DNA of 64,000 bases from an uncultured delta proteobacterium (GTDB taxonomy: Bacteria > Desulfobacterota > Binatia > Binatales > Binataceae): the NCBI GenBank assembly GCA_963808235.1, contig CAWEEQ010000004.1:3200001-3264000 (forward strand), in the 5' to 3' direction. The position numbers were made by a program, and so were the translations under genes. Each line of letters begins with the position of its first letter. Positions within the stretch are counted from its first letter, which is position 1. Under the pieces are notes generated by a model. That model was not told the DNA's origin and searched no databases. It saw only the letters and a program-made list of their open reading frames with translations. Below, in pieces: positions 1-11,315 of this stretch.

Positions 1-315
1 GGCGTCTTCGCCAATGCGATCAGCCCGACCTGGATGCAATCGGGCCGCGCGCCTCAAACAACATCGCCGATCGCGTTCTCCAACGATCGGAACGCAGTGC
101 GATGGACGAAGATCTCGCCGGGTTCGCGCTACACCTGGCTCGAATGGCGGGTGCGATGCGCCGCCGATCGGCCGACGCATACTCCCATGCGATGGGAAAT
201 CCCGCTAATCATCGACGGCAAGTCGATCCCGGTGCGCGGGGAAACGGAATGGATCACGATCGCTCCGCGCACCGGCGCCAAACCGATCCTCGCGAATGCT
301 CAAGTAGCGCAATAA
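1..315 (+). CDS. C-terminal part of a hypothetical protein (runs off window start)
   Basis: Frame 1 is open from base 1 to a TAA stop at 313-315 (GVFANAISPTWMQSG...AQVAQ); no recognisable motif. Confidence 0.5.
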   Translation, partial: GVFANAISPTWMQSGRAPQTTSPIAFSNDRNAVRWTKISPGSRYTWLEWRVRCAADRPTHTPMRWEIPLIIDGKSIPVRGETEWITIAPRTGAKPILANAQVAQ

Positions 316-371
316 TCCGTTCGCACCGGCGTTTGCATAGCACCTTCGTTTCACAATAAATCCCTTCTGTC

Positions 372-2401
<2,030 letters not shown>

Positions 2402-2405
<4 letters not shown>

Positions 2406-2605
2406 ACGTTTCCCTCTATTGGCGATTTGGACGGGCAGTCCGCCAGCTACGATTGTTCGCGCGCGCGATCGCAAACGAACTCCGAAGCCTGAACAGCGCA
2501 AGAATGGACTCCGCGACACTCGCAAGCATGCCGCCACGCGATCGCTGTCGCGTCGTGAAAGCGGCACTCCGCGAGCATCATCGCAACCCCCACCGCTGCT
2601 GCTGA
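2402..2605 (+). CDS. Small CstA-associated protein, YbdD/YjiX-like (divergent)
   Basis: ATGA overlap with cstA stop; 67 aa ending RCC, as in the usual cstA partner. Confidence 0.6.
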
Positions 2606-2663
2606 GAATTGCGACGCCACACCACGAACTCACCAACCGAGCTCTCAATCCACACGATTGTTC

Positions 2664-2697
2664 CCCTTCCCACATGGGAAGGGTTAGGGGTTAGGTT
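2664..2697. repeat. REP-like palindrome / possible terminator CCCTTCCCA-CA-TGGGAAGGG followed by TTAGGGGTTAGG
   Basis: 9-bp perfect stem downstream of the cstA operon; a related CCTCTCCC-TTC-GGGAGAGG occurs at 46391-46409. Confidence 0.55.
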
Positions 2698-2736
2698 TGC
2701 CAGTCTCGAGCTGAATCCGCATTCCAAATCCCTGAT

Positions 2737-2800
2737 CTCCCCTCTCTAGGCACTCTTCCCTCTCTCCCTAGGTACTTTTTCTCCTCCCTCTAGGCGATTT
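2737..2800. promoter_or_regulatory. Three direct repeats with CTAGG core at exact 22-bp period
   Basis: CTAGG at 2746, 2768 and 2790, each preceded by a C/T tract; lies upstream of a histidine kinase gene. Confidence 0.5.
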
Positions 2801-2942
2801 TCCGATTCAACACCCGCCCCCTTCCCTCTAACGTGAATGTCAGTTGGCGCGCATAGCTCGCACAGAAAATTTAAGGCGAAGCGAAGCCTGCCAGAGATTG
2901 GAGAAGGTCTGAGATCACCGATTAGAGACTGGACCGCGGCAC

Positions 2943-3776
2943 GTGACGAATTTTTCAAATACGGTATTCCTGCCCACAGCGGCTAATGGCGTCGCCGCGC
3001 ATGAGCTGCCGCGCCCGCAGCCACCCGCTGCCAATTGGGAACAGGGAGTACATCTGGAAGCGCTCGCCAATCTGGCGCATGAACTGCGCTCACCGGTTCA
3101 GGCTCTGCTCGGCTACCTGGACATCCTCCGCGACGAGCTGGGCGATGCGCTGAACAGCCGTCATAAGCACATTTTCGAGCGCGTGAACGCCAACGCGCAC
3201 GACCTCGCGCAAACCGTCGAGAATGTGATGGACTTCTCGCTTGCGGACGCGATGGCCGAGCCGGCGGGGCAGGAAGATATCCACCCCGACGAACTGATTG
3301 CGGAGCTTGCTCCCGCGCTCGAGGCTGCCAACGATTCCAAAGGTCTCCAGATAAGCTATGACCTCGAAGCCGCGCCCGCCGTGATTCGCTCGCGCCGCCG
3401 GCCCATCAAGTCGATCCTGCTCAACCTGGCCGTCAACGCGATAAAGTTTACCGAAAAAGGCAGCGTGACAATCGCAATCCGCCGCGCCATACTGCCCGAA
3501 GTAGGCTCCGCAGTGGAACTGGCAGTCAGCGACACCGGTCCCGGTATCGACGCCGAACAGGTCGCACGAGCCTTCACACTATGCGCTCAGCTTTCCAATT
3601 CGAGCGTCCGAATCCATCGCGGGATGGGCCTCGGCCTCGCGGTCGTGCGCCGCAATGCAATCGCACTCGGCGCAACCATCGCGGTCAGCACTGCGCTCGC
3701 GCAGGGTTCGGTCTTTGTCGTTACGATCCCAATTCCCGCGCCACCCGATGCGCACCCACCTTCGTTTCAAGCGTAA
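2943..3776 (+). CDS. Cytoplasmic histidine kinase (HisKA + HATPase), no evident sensor domain
   Basis: H-box LAHELRSP, N-box NLAVNAIKFT, G1 DTGPGI, G2 GMGLGL. Confidence 0.9.
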   Translation: MTNFSNTVFLPTAANGVAAHELPRPQPPAANWEQGVHLEALANLAHELRSPVQALLGYLDILRDELGDALNSRHKHIFERVNANAHDLAQTVENVMDFSLADAMAEPAGQEDIHPDELIAELAPALEAANDSKGLQISYDLEAAPAVIRSRRRPIKSILLNLAVNAIKFTEKGSVTIAIRRAILPEVGSAVELAVSDTGPGIDAEQVARAFTLCAQLSNSSVRIHRGMGLGLAVVRRNAIALGATIAVSTALAQGSVFVVTIPIPAPPDAHPPSFQA

Positions 3777-3783
3777 AGATGTT

Positions 3784-4152
3784 TTACTCGATATAAGGCG
3801 GGTGCTTGCCTGAGGTGAGATCCAGCAGGCAAATGGCAGTTCCGAATGGATCCTGGATCACTGCGCACTTTCCGATTAGCACGTCGAATGGCGGCACCAG
3901 CACCCGGCATCCTTTTTCGCCGTAGCTCCTCACCGCGGCGACCACGTCGTCTACCAGGTAATGAACCTCGACTCTGTTCGGTATCTCGGGATTGTTGTGA
4001 AGAACAATCTCAGCATCGGTTTCAGGCATCGACATTCCGACCGCGCCGGCTTCGCGCCATCGTAGCTTGAGTCCGAAGACTTCCGCGTAGAATTTCTCCG
4101 CGGATGCGACGTCGTCCACCCGGATCATCACGCAATCAATTTTCTTGAACAC
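3784..4152 (-). CDS. VOC / glyoxalase family protein
   Basis: IRVDDVASAEKFYAEVFG and IQDPFGT motifs; 122 aa. Confidence 0.85.
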   Translation of the reverse strand: MFKKIDCVMIRVDDVASAEKFYAEVFGLKLRWREAGAVGMSMPETDAEIVLHNNPEIPNRVEVHYLVDDVVAAVRSYGEKGCRVLVPPFDVLIGKCAVIQDPFGTAICLLDLTSGKHPPYIE

Positions 4153-4202
4153 GGAAATCTCGGCGACGCTCGCGTCGAGGAATTTGCGACGCTCGATGGC
4201 CT

Positions 4203-4808
4203 CTAGCGATAGTGTCGCATCAGGCCGACTACGACCCCGCGAATCGCAAGATCGCCCTCGGTGACCATGATTGGTTGCATCGCCGAGTTCGCCGGCTGCA
4301 GGCGCACCTGGCCGCCCGGCTCGCGGAAGAACTTCTTGACCGTCGCCTCGTTGCCGATCAATGCAACCACCGTCTCGCCATTGTCGGCGCTGTCGCGTCC
4401 TTCCACGATGATGTAATCGCCGTCGCGGATTCCGTCCTCGATCATCGAGTCGCCTTTCACGCGCAGGCAGAACGTATTGTCGCGCCGGATGAAGTCGTCA
4501 GGCACGCTGATCGTCTCATTGCCCTCGACGGCCTCAATCGGCGCACCGGCCGCGACCTGTCCGAGCAGCTTCAGTCTGCCTCGATGGCCCTTTTCCGCCG
4601 CCGAGACCTCGAGCGCGCGGCTATGATTGTGCTGGCGCTTGATGAAGCCCTTCTGCTCGAGGTTGTGCAGATGCTTATGCACGGTGGCCAGCGATGAGAG
4701 CCCGAAATAGGTTCCCACTTCGGCCAGCGTAGGTGCGTAGCCGTGCTCGCTGATATAGTTGTTCAGGTAATCGATCAGCTGCTTCTGTCGCTTGGTCAGC
4801 GTTGCCAT
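4203..4808 (-). CDS. lexA: SOS repressor LexA
   Basis: LTKRQ...GYAPT winged HTH, VAAG cleavage site, GDSM catalytic Ser, ATVK catalytic Lys; start placed at MATLTKRQ. Confidence 0.95.
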   Translation of the reverse strand: MATLTKRQKQLIDYLNNYISEHGYAPTLAEVGTYFGLSSLATVHKHLHNLEQKGFIKRQHNHSRALEVSAAEKGHRGRLKLLGQVAAGAPIEAVEGNETISVPDDFIRRDNTFCLRVKGDSMIEDGIRDGDYIIVEGRDSADNGETVVALIGNEATVKKFFREPGGQVRLQPANSAMQPIMVTEGDLAIRGVVVGLMRHYR

Positions 4809-4945
4809 TGTGTCAACACCCCCTGAAGGGACGCTCGCAATCATGGCGAAAATCAGGCGAAGATGCAAGTGCCAGGCGCTCTCCGTACCGGGCCCGGTTT
4901 CAACCGGTTGCCGTACCGAATAAGGTGATTTCTGACCCGTGTCTT

Positions 4946-5320
4946 ATGGCAAAACTGCGAATCCAATTCGAGAATGGCGACCCTGAAAAGGTGATCGAGT
5001 TCGATCCCGCGAAGGCGCCGTTCCATCATGACGGCAAGCCGGGATCGATCCTCGACGTGATGCTCGGCCACCAGTTGCATCTCGAGCATGCATGCGGCGG
5101 CAACTGCGCGTGCACGACCTGTCATGTGATCGTGAAGCAGGGTTTCAACAAGCTCGGGGAATCGAGCGAGCAGGAGGAAGACCTGCTCGACAGAGCGCCG
5201 GGCCTGACGCCGACATCGCGTCTTGGATGCCAGGCCGTGATCGATGATCCGAACGCGGAAATCGTGATCGTGGTTCCGCGCTATACGATCAACCAAGTGA
5301 GTGAGGCGGCAGAAGAATGA
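4946..5320 (+). CDS. fdx: 2Fe-2S ferredoxin (adrenodoxin / ISC type)
   Basis: HACGGNCACTTCH and SRLGCQ cysteine motifs; start placed at MAKLRIQF. Confidence 0.9.
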   Translation: MAKLRIQFENGDPEKVIEFDPAKAPFHHDGKPGSILDVMLGHQLHLEHACGGNCACTTCHVIVKQGFNKLGESSEQEEDLLDRAPGLTPTSRLGCQAVIDDPNAEIVIVVPRYTINQVSEAAEE

Positions 5321-6027
5321 CCGTCTCGGCACAAGCGCGAGTGGAGCGAATCTTCGATCACGCCGCCGACACGCGCTCGCTCTTTCTCTCGCCCACTTCG
5401 GGCAAGCCTCTTCGCTTCGTCCCCGGTCAATTCATTTCGATATCGATTCCGCTCGGCGACGAGACGCGCTCGCGTCCCTACACGATTGCGTCGAGCCCCG
5501 ACGACGCTGGACCGTTCGAGATTTGCTTCAATCGGGTTAAAGGTGGACGCGGCGTCGATTGGCTGTTCGAGCGCCGAGTCGGCGACACTTTTGATTTCGC
5601 GGGACCGTTCGGGACTTTCACTCTCGACTTTGTTCCTGCGCCGGAAATCGAGATCGGCTTTATAGCGGAGGGAACCGCAATCGCGCCGATTCGCCCGATG
5701 CTCAAGCGGGCACTCGCGGAATCGGGACGCGCGCCAAAGATGTATCTCATCTACGCAGCGCAGGACCGCGAGCATATTCTCTACCTCGCCGAACTCGACG
5801 AGCTTGCGCGGACTGCGCCGAATTTTTCGTACGAGACGGTAATCGCCCCTGCCGAGAAAATTTACGAACGGCTGGTCGAGTTGGTGAATGCGCGATGGAT
5901 CCGCGCGGACAGCGATCGCACCCGCCAGTTCTACATCTGCGGAGTCGGCAACGGAGTGATCCAGTTGCGCGATCTGCTCCGCGGCTCGGGCTACGAGCGC
6001 CGCGCCGTGCACTACGAGCGCTGGTAA
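5317..6027 (+). CDS. FAD/NAD(P)-binding ferredoxin reductase-like oxidoreductase
   Basis: PGQF, RPYTIAS, GPFG, FYICG and terminal YERW motifs; ATGA overlap with the ferredoxin gene. Confidence 0.88.
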   Translation: MTVSAQARVERIFDHAADTRSLFLSPTSGKPLRFVPGQFISISIPLGDETRSRPYTIASSPDDAGPFEICFNRVKGGRGVDWLFERRVGDTFDFAGPFGTFTLDFVPAPEIEIGFIAEGTAIAPIRPMLKRALAESGRAPKMYLIYAAQDREHILYLAELDELARTAPNFSYETVIAPAEKIYERLVELVNARWIRADSDRTRQFYICGVGNGVIQLRDLLRGSGYERRAVHYERW

Positions 6028-6037
6028 AAACCGCGCG

Positions 6038-6970
6038 CTACTTCGCGAACGCCTTGCGCAGCGCCCCGGCCGATTCGTCGATCGCCTGTTTGCCCTTATC
6101 GAGCACCTCGTACATCGAAACGAAACCGTGAATCATTCCCTCGTAGCGGGTGACGCTCACCAGAACGCCGGCGGCGCGCAGCTTTTCGCCATAAGCCTCG
6201 CCCTCGTCGCGCAGAGGATCGAATTCCGCGGTGACAATCAGCGCGGGCGGCAGTCCCTTCAGACTCTTCGCCAACGCGGGCGCGATGCGTGGATCTTTTC
6301 GATCGGCGGGAGTCCGCAGGTACTGCTTCCAGAACCAGGTTATGTCGTCCTTGGTCAGAAAATAATCGGTGAAAGTCTTGTGCGAGTAAGTGTCGAGCTC
6401 GGACTCGGTCGCCGGATAAATGAGAAGCTGGAATGCAATTTTCGGCCCGCCCGCATCGCGCGCTAGCTGCGCAATCACCGCGGACAGATTGCCACCCGCG
6501 CTGTCACCGCCAACCGCAAGCCGGTTCGCATCGACGTTCAGTTCTTTGGCGTGCTCGCTCACCCACTTGGTCGCGGCGAAGCAATCCTCCACTCCGGCGG
6601 GAAACTTGTGCTCTGGCGCGAGCCGGTAGTCGACCGAAACCGTAACGCATCCGACTTTATTGGTGAGCGCGCGGCATGGCCCGTCGTGCGAGTCGAGATC
6701 GCAGATGACCCATCCGCCGCCATGAAAGAAAACCAGCACCGGAAACGGTCCGCTGCCTTCCGGCGTGTAAACGCGAATTGGAATCGAACCGCCGGGGCCG
6801 GGAATCTTCCGATCCTCGACCTTGAAGACTTTTTCGGTTCTCTCCGGCGGTACTTTGAACATGCTGCCGGTCACGCGGCGCGCGTCGGGAGCCGTTAGCG
6901 TATGCAGTTTGGGTCCGGGCGCCGAGGCAATTTGATCGAGCAATATTTTTACTTGCGGGTCGAGCGGCAT
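6038..6970 (-). CDS. Hormone-sensitive-lipase family (family IV) esterase
   Basis: HGGGW oxyanion motif, GDSAG nucleophile, DPLRD, HGF. Confidence 0.93.
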   Translation of the reverse strand: MPLDPQVKILLDQIASAPGPKLHTLTAPDARRVTGSMFKVPPERTEKVFKVEDRKIPGPGGSIPIRVYTPEGSGPFPVLVFFHGGGWVICDLDSHDGPCRALTNKVGCVTVSVDYRLAPEHKFPAGVEDCFAATKWVSEHAKELNVDANRLAVGGDSAGGNLSAVIAQLARDAGGPKIAFQLLIYPATESELDTYSHKTFTDYFLTKDDITWFWKQYLRTPADRKDPRIAPALAKSLKGLPPALIVTAEFDPLRDEGEAYGEKLRAAGVLVSVTRYEGMIHGFVSMYEVLDKGKQAIDESAGALRKAFAK

Positions 6971-7053
6971 GGGTTTACTCCGTGGGTGAAATTAAGTTCC
7001 GATCACTCTCAATGGTTTAGAACGGAAGTGTCTCGGCCGACAAGCGCGACCAA

Positions 7054-7923
7054 TCACGGCGCTAAGCTGGAAAGAACGCTGATAACGCCGGAGTGGCCGG
7101 CGATGTGGACGCCGCGCACGATCGTTCGTTCGCGCTCGAGCCTTCGGGCTGCGCTTTCCACTAGTGCTTGATCGATGCCGAAAATTCTCGCGATGGCGCG
7201 CTCGGTGCTGAAGCCGGCGGTTTCGAAGATTCTTCGGACGATCTTGTATGCGGCCTGGCTGCGATTGAGTGCTCGTGCCTCGGCAAGAGCGTCGGGCCAT
7301 CGATGAGCCATCGTGTCCCAGACGTAGCTGAATGGATCGGCGCGTTCTTCGACCTTTAGTGCGAGGAATTTTTCCTGGAGTTCTTTCATCGCGCGATCGA
7401 ACACGGCGCGGCGCGACGGCTGCGCGTAGCCGCTGGAGAGCTTCAGCACCCGGGTCTCAGCCGCGCCGCGTTTGGTGAGCGTGTCCATCACCAGTTTGCC
7501 GCAATGCGACAGGCCCCCGCTCGCGTAAAGCTTGCGGTAGCCGCCTGGTTCGACGCGAAGTCTCAGGAACGCGCCGAGCAAGTCGCGCGCGATGAAGCTC
7601 GGGCGGCCCGCGATCGCCTTGCCGTAGTAAACGAGGCGACGCTCCGGCAGCGAGTCTTTAATTCGCCAGGTCATCCCGATGGCGTAGTCGTGCTGGATGT
7701 GTTCGGGCATCACCGGTTCGCGAGTTCCCGCGATCGCCTCGCGCAGGCACGGCACGCCGAGTCCGGCGGTGAACCCGGTGCAGAAGCCGACCTCGCCGAT
7801 GAATTTGAGTGCGCTCTTTTCGCTGGTCACGCGGCGCGATGGAATCCGCCGGAAGTGAAAATCGCGATGCCGCTCGAGTGCGTCGAGGATTCCGGCGCGA
7901 GGAACCTGCGCGGCCGTAGTCAT
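7054..7923 (-). CDS. Winged-helix AlkZ/YcaQ-related protein (putative DNA glycosylase-like)
   Basis: FIGEVGFC, WRIKDSLP...YYGK...PSFI pattern recalled from AlkZ-related proteins; ATGA overlap with the upstream gene. Confidence 0.55.
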   Translation of the reverse strand: MTTAAQVPRAGILDALERHRDFHFRRIPSRRVTSEKSALKFIGEVGFCTGFTAGLGVPCLREAIAGTREPVMPEHIQHDYAIGMTWRIKDSLPERRLVYYGKAIAGRPSFIARDLLGAFLRLRVEPGGYRKLYASGGLSHCGKLVMDTLTKRGAAETRVLKLSSGYAQPSRRAVFDRAMKELQEKFLALKVEERADPFSYVWDTMAHRWPDALAEARALNRSQAAYKIVRRIFETAGFSTERAIARIFGIDQALVESAARRLERERTIVRGVHIAGHSGVISVLSSLAP

Positions 7924-9242
7924 GATGCGATCCGCTCGACGACGCTTGCAAAAGCTCGACGGTAATTCGTCTTCACGCCGAGGCCGCGGGTAATACCTTC
8001 GAGGCCGATCAGCGCGCGGATCAGAAACACGCTGTGCGCAGGCGATTGGTAGAGCCGATTCTCGAGCGCGATTTCGCCGACTTTGGCGGCCTTCGCAACA
8101 GTGTCGTAGTCGTGCGGATCGAATGCGCGATCGATCATCATCGGCTCGAACAGGAGGTGAATTATTTTGACCATCGGCGCCGGGTTCTTATCGCGATCGA
8201 TATAGCCGAGCCGAACCATCGCGGCGCCCAGCGCTTTTTCGTCGCCGCTCAGAATCGAGCGCGCGACCTGCAAGTTTGCCTTGCGCACCGGTTCCGGGAA
8301 GCGGCGAATCGATCCGAAATCGAGCACGCCCAGGCGTGGGTGGTGGCTGACGAGATAATTGCCGGGATGAAAATCGGTTTGCAGCGTTCCGAATTCGAGA
8401 ATCTGCCGCCACGCGAATTCGTGAATCTTCTCCGCGACCCATTCGCGCAATTCAAAATCGACCTCGGGACCCATCACGTCGGCCAGCGGGTAGCCGTCGA
8501 CGTAAGTCATCGTGAGCACGCGGCGCGAGCTCATCTCCTTGATGTAACGCGGAATCATGATCTCATCGTCACCGACGAACCGGCGCCCGAACTCGACCAT
8601 GTTGCGCGCCTCGTTCAGGTAGTCGAGTTCCTCGCGCAGGCGCTGTTCGAGTTCCTTGTAAACCGCGCCGGTATCGATTTGCTGACGCATCAGGTCGTGC
8701 CCAAGCGCTTGCAGCGTACGCAACAGCAGTTTCAGGTTCCCGAGATCCTGCTCGACGGTATCTTCGACGCCCGGATACTGAACCTTGACCGCGACCTCGA
8801 TTCCGTCGCGAGTGATCGCTCGATGCACCTGGCCGAGCGACGCGGCGGCAAACGCGGTCTGATCGAAGCTCCTGAAAATTGCTTCGGGGCGTTTACCGAT
8901 CTCTTTGCGAATCTGTTCGGAGATGGTCGCAAAGTTCATCGGGGGGACACTTGATTGAGTCGCGCGCAGGACGTCGAGCGCCTCGCCGGGGAGCAGGTCT
9001 TTGCGAATCGAGAGCATCTGGATGAGCTTCATGAACGCGCCGCGAAGTTGCGTCGAGCTCTCGACGATTCGCTGCGCGTTGCGGATGTGGGTTTCGAGCA
9101 GTTCGCGGTCGCGCGCGGGCGCGCTCAAGAACGGCCGCCGCAACTGGTTCCACAGGTAGCTCGAGCCGACTTGCGAAGCGAGCTCGCCCATCTTGATCGC
9201 GCGGCGCGCGCGTCCGCTGGTGATTGTGGTGCGTTTCGCCAT
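7920..9242 (-). CDS. ABC1/UbiB family atypical kinase
   Basis: AAASLGQVHRA, VAVKVQYPG, EELDY, DFHPGN, LDFG. Confidence 0.93.
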   Translation of the reverse strand: MAKRTTITSGRARRAIKMGELASQVGSSYLWNQLRRPFLSAPARDRELLETHIRNAQRIVESSTQLRGAFMKLIQMLSIRKDLLPGEALDVLRATQSSVPPMNFATISEQIRKEIGKRPEAIFRSFDQTAFAAASLGQVHRAITRDGIEVAVKVQYPGVEDTVEQDLGNLKLLLRTLQALGHDLMRQQIDTGAVYKELEQRLREELDYLNEARNMVEFGRRFVGDDEIMIPRYIKEMSSRRVLTMTYVDGYPLADVMGPEVDFELREWVAEKIHEFAWRQILEFGTLQTDFHPGNYLVSHHPRLGVLDFGSIRRFPEPVRKANLQVARSILSGDEKALGAAMVRLGYIDRDKNPAPMVKIIHLLFEPMMIDRAFDPHDYDTVAKAAKVGEIALENRLYQSPAHSVFLIRALIGLEGITRGLGVKTNYRRAFASVVERIAS

Positions 9243-10012
9243 CAGTCAGCGTCGCGATCGATTCCGACCCGATTGATGAGAGTGGCTGCCAGAGCCGCCC
9301 CGAAGCCATTGTCGATATTGACGACCGTGATGCCGCCCGCGCACGAATTCAGCATCCCGAGCATCGCTGCGAGACCGCCCATCGACGCGCCGTAGCCCAC
9401 ACTGGTCGGCACCGCGATGACCGGCTTGTCGACGAGGCCCGCCACGACCGACGGCAGCGCACCTTCCATCCCGGCGACGACGATCAGCACGCTCGCATCG
9501 CGAATCGCCTCGAGGTTGGCGGTGAGCCGATGGATTCCCGCGACGCCGACATCGTAAACGCGCGCGACATGATTTCCGAACAGCTCGGCGCACAGCGCGG
9601 CTTCCTCGGCGACCGGAATATCGGACGTGCCGGCGCATAGCACCATCACGACTCCGTGGCCGGACGATTTCACCCGCTCCTTCACGATGGCGCCGATGCG
9701 CGCATCGGGATGATATTTCAACGCGCCAAGTTTGCGCTTGACGGCACGTGCCTTGTCCGCGCTGAGGCGGGTGATGATCAAGTTGCTCTTCGAAGCGAGC
9801 ACGCGTTTTCCGATCGTCGAGAGCTGTTCAGCGGTTTTGCCTTCACCGAAAATTACTTCGGGCACGCCACGACGAAGGCTCCTGTGGCTGTCGATCTTCG
9901 CAAAGCCAAGATCTTCGAAGGGCAGCTCGCGCAGGATTCGGATCGCCGCGGCCGGAGTCAGGTGGCCCGCCGCGACTTTGCCCAGGACCTCGCGGATTCG
10001 CTTTTCGGTCAT
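9242..10012 (-). CDS. larB: Nickel-pincer cofactor biosynthesis protein LarB (PurE-like)
   Basis: PEVIFGEGKT, AGTSDIPVAEEA, DVGVAGIHRL, AGMEGALPSV, VVNIDNGFGA. Confidence 0.92.
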   Translation of the reverse strand: MTEKRIREVLGKVAAGHLTPAAAIRILRELPFEDLGFAKIDSHRSLRRGVPEVIFGEGKTAEQLSTIGKRVLASKSNLIITRLSADKARAVKRKLGALKYHPDARIGAIVKERVKSSGHGVVMVLCAGTSDIPVAEEAALCAELFGNHVARVYDVGVAGIHRLTANLEAIRDASVLIVVAGMEGALPSVVAGLVDKPVIAVPTSVGYGASMGGLAAMLGMLNSCAGGITVVNIDNGFGAALAATLINRVGIDRDAD

Positions 10013-10025
10013 CGTAGCTTTTCGG

Positions 10026-11315
10026 TCATCGCTTCTTGAGGAGTTCGGGGCGGATCGGATGCGCGAGGTTCAACATTATCTCGCTGACCGCGCGCGCGTC
10101 GCTGCGAGTCACGGTTATCGTCAAGTCGCCTTCGACCAATCTTTCGCCGGGCTTGGGAATATGGCCAAGTCGTTCGACCACCAGCCCGCCGATGGTAGCA
10201 TACTCATCGGCCTCCGGAAGCTTGAGGCCGAAGCGCTCGTTGAGTTCGGCGATCGGCGCGCGTCCCACCACGGACAGCGCGCGCGGACTGATTATTCTGG
10301 CGAGCTCTTCGCCGAGGTCGTGTTCGTCTTCGATGTCGCCGACGATCTCCTCGATCAGATCTTCCAGGGTCAAAATTCCCGCCGAGCCGCCGTATTCATC
10401 GACGATCACCGAAAGATTTTCGCCCGTGCGCTGCATCGCAAGAAGCGCCTCGTCCAGCGGCATCGATTCGGGAAAATAACTGACCGGGCGCATCACGTCG
10501 CTCACCGGGCGGCTCAGATCGGGTGCGCGCAGCAGATCGAAAACGTGTACGACGCCTACGATGTTGGTGATTCGGCGGCGGAAGACCGGCAGACGGCTGA
10601 AGCCCTCGCGACGCACGGTTTCTATCGTGGCGGCAAGCGTGGTTTCCTCCGGGACCGCGTCGACACGAACGAGCGGGACCATCGCCTTGCGCGCGTCGGC
10701 GCGCGAGAAGCGGAAGATGCGGCTGATCATCTGCTGCTCGACGGGCAGGATGGCGTCGTGCGATGGCTCCTCGGAGGCGTCGGAGGGACGGCGGCGCATC
10801 AATCGCGCGAGATCTTCGCGAGTGAGAAAAACGCTCTCGGCGTCGGCGGGCACGCCGGCCAGTCGGCGGAGCAACCTGCTCAAGATAGTTTCCACGCCGA
10901 GCACGGGGGCCATCACCGTCGCGAGAACTTGCAACGGACGCGCCGCGAACTGCGCGAATCGGTGCGGATCCGCCAGCGTCAGCAATTTGGGAATCGACTC
11001 GCCAAGCAGCAGCGTGATCGGGGTCAGAATAAACGGCGCGAGGTAAACGAGGTGCGGGAAGGCTCGATGCAAAAAACTGGTGAGCAGAACCGCCGCGAGG
11101 ACAGTCGCGAGATTAGTGCCGGTCAGAGTGAGCGCGAGGAGGCGGTCGCGGTTGACGAGCAATTGATCGAGCACCCGGGAGCGCTCATGGCCGCCTTCGC
11201 TTTCGGCGCGCACTTTCAGATCGTCGGCGGAGACCAGCGCTATTTCGGAGGCGGCGAAAAACGCCTGCACCGCGAGGCATCCAAGCACCGCGAAGACCAG
11301 CGCGACGACGCTCAT
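10026..11315 (-). CDS. CNNM/DUF21-CBS-CorC (hemolysin family) Mg2+ transporter-like protein
   Basis: FFAASEIAL, GESIPK, GFSRLPV, VDEYGG...LEDLIEEIVGDIEDE; start at MSVVAL with ATGA overlap. Confidence 0.92.
   Translation of the reverse strand: MSVVALVFAVLGCLAVQAFFAASEIALVSADDLKVRAESEGGHERSRVLDQLLVNRDRLLALTLTGTNLATVLAAVLLTSFLHRAFPHLVYLAPFILTPITLLLGESIPKLLTLADPHRFAQFAARPLQVLATVMAPVLGVETILSRLLRRLAGVPADAESVFLTREDLARLMRRRPSDASEEPSHDAILPVEQQMISRIFRFSRADARKAMVPLVRVDAVPEETTLAATIETVRREGFSRLPVFRRRITNIVGVVHVFDLLRAPDLSRPVSDVMRPVSYFPESMPLDEALLAMQRTGENLSVIVDEYGGSAGILTLEDLIEEIVGDIEDEHDLGEELARIISPRALSVVGRAPIAELNERFGLKLPEADEYATIGGLVVERLGHIPKPGERLVEGDLTITVTRSDARAVSEIMLNLAHPIRPELLKKR

Noticed and set aside
2594-2640. 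Selenocysteine read-through at the TGA after RCC in the cstA partner
   Set aside because: Both terminal Cys are already encoded by TGC and no convincing SECIS hairpin follows; TGA is most simply the stop.
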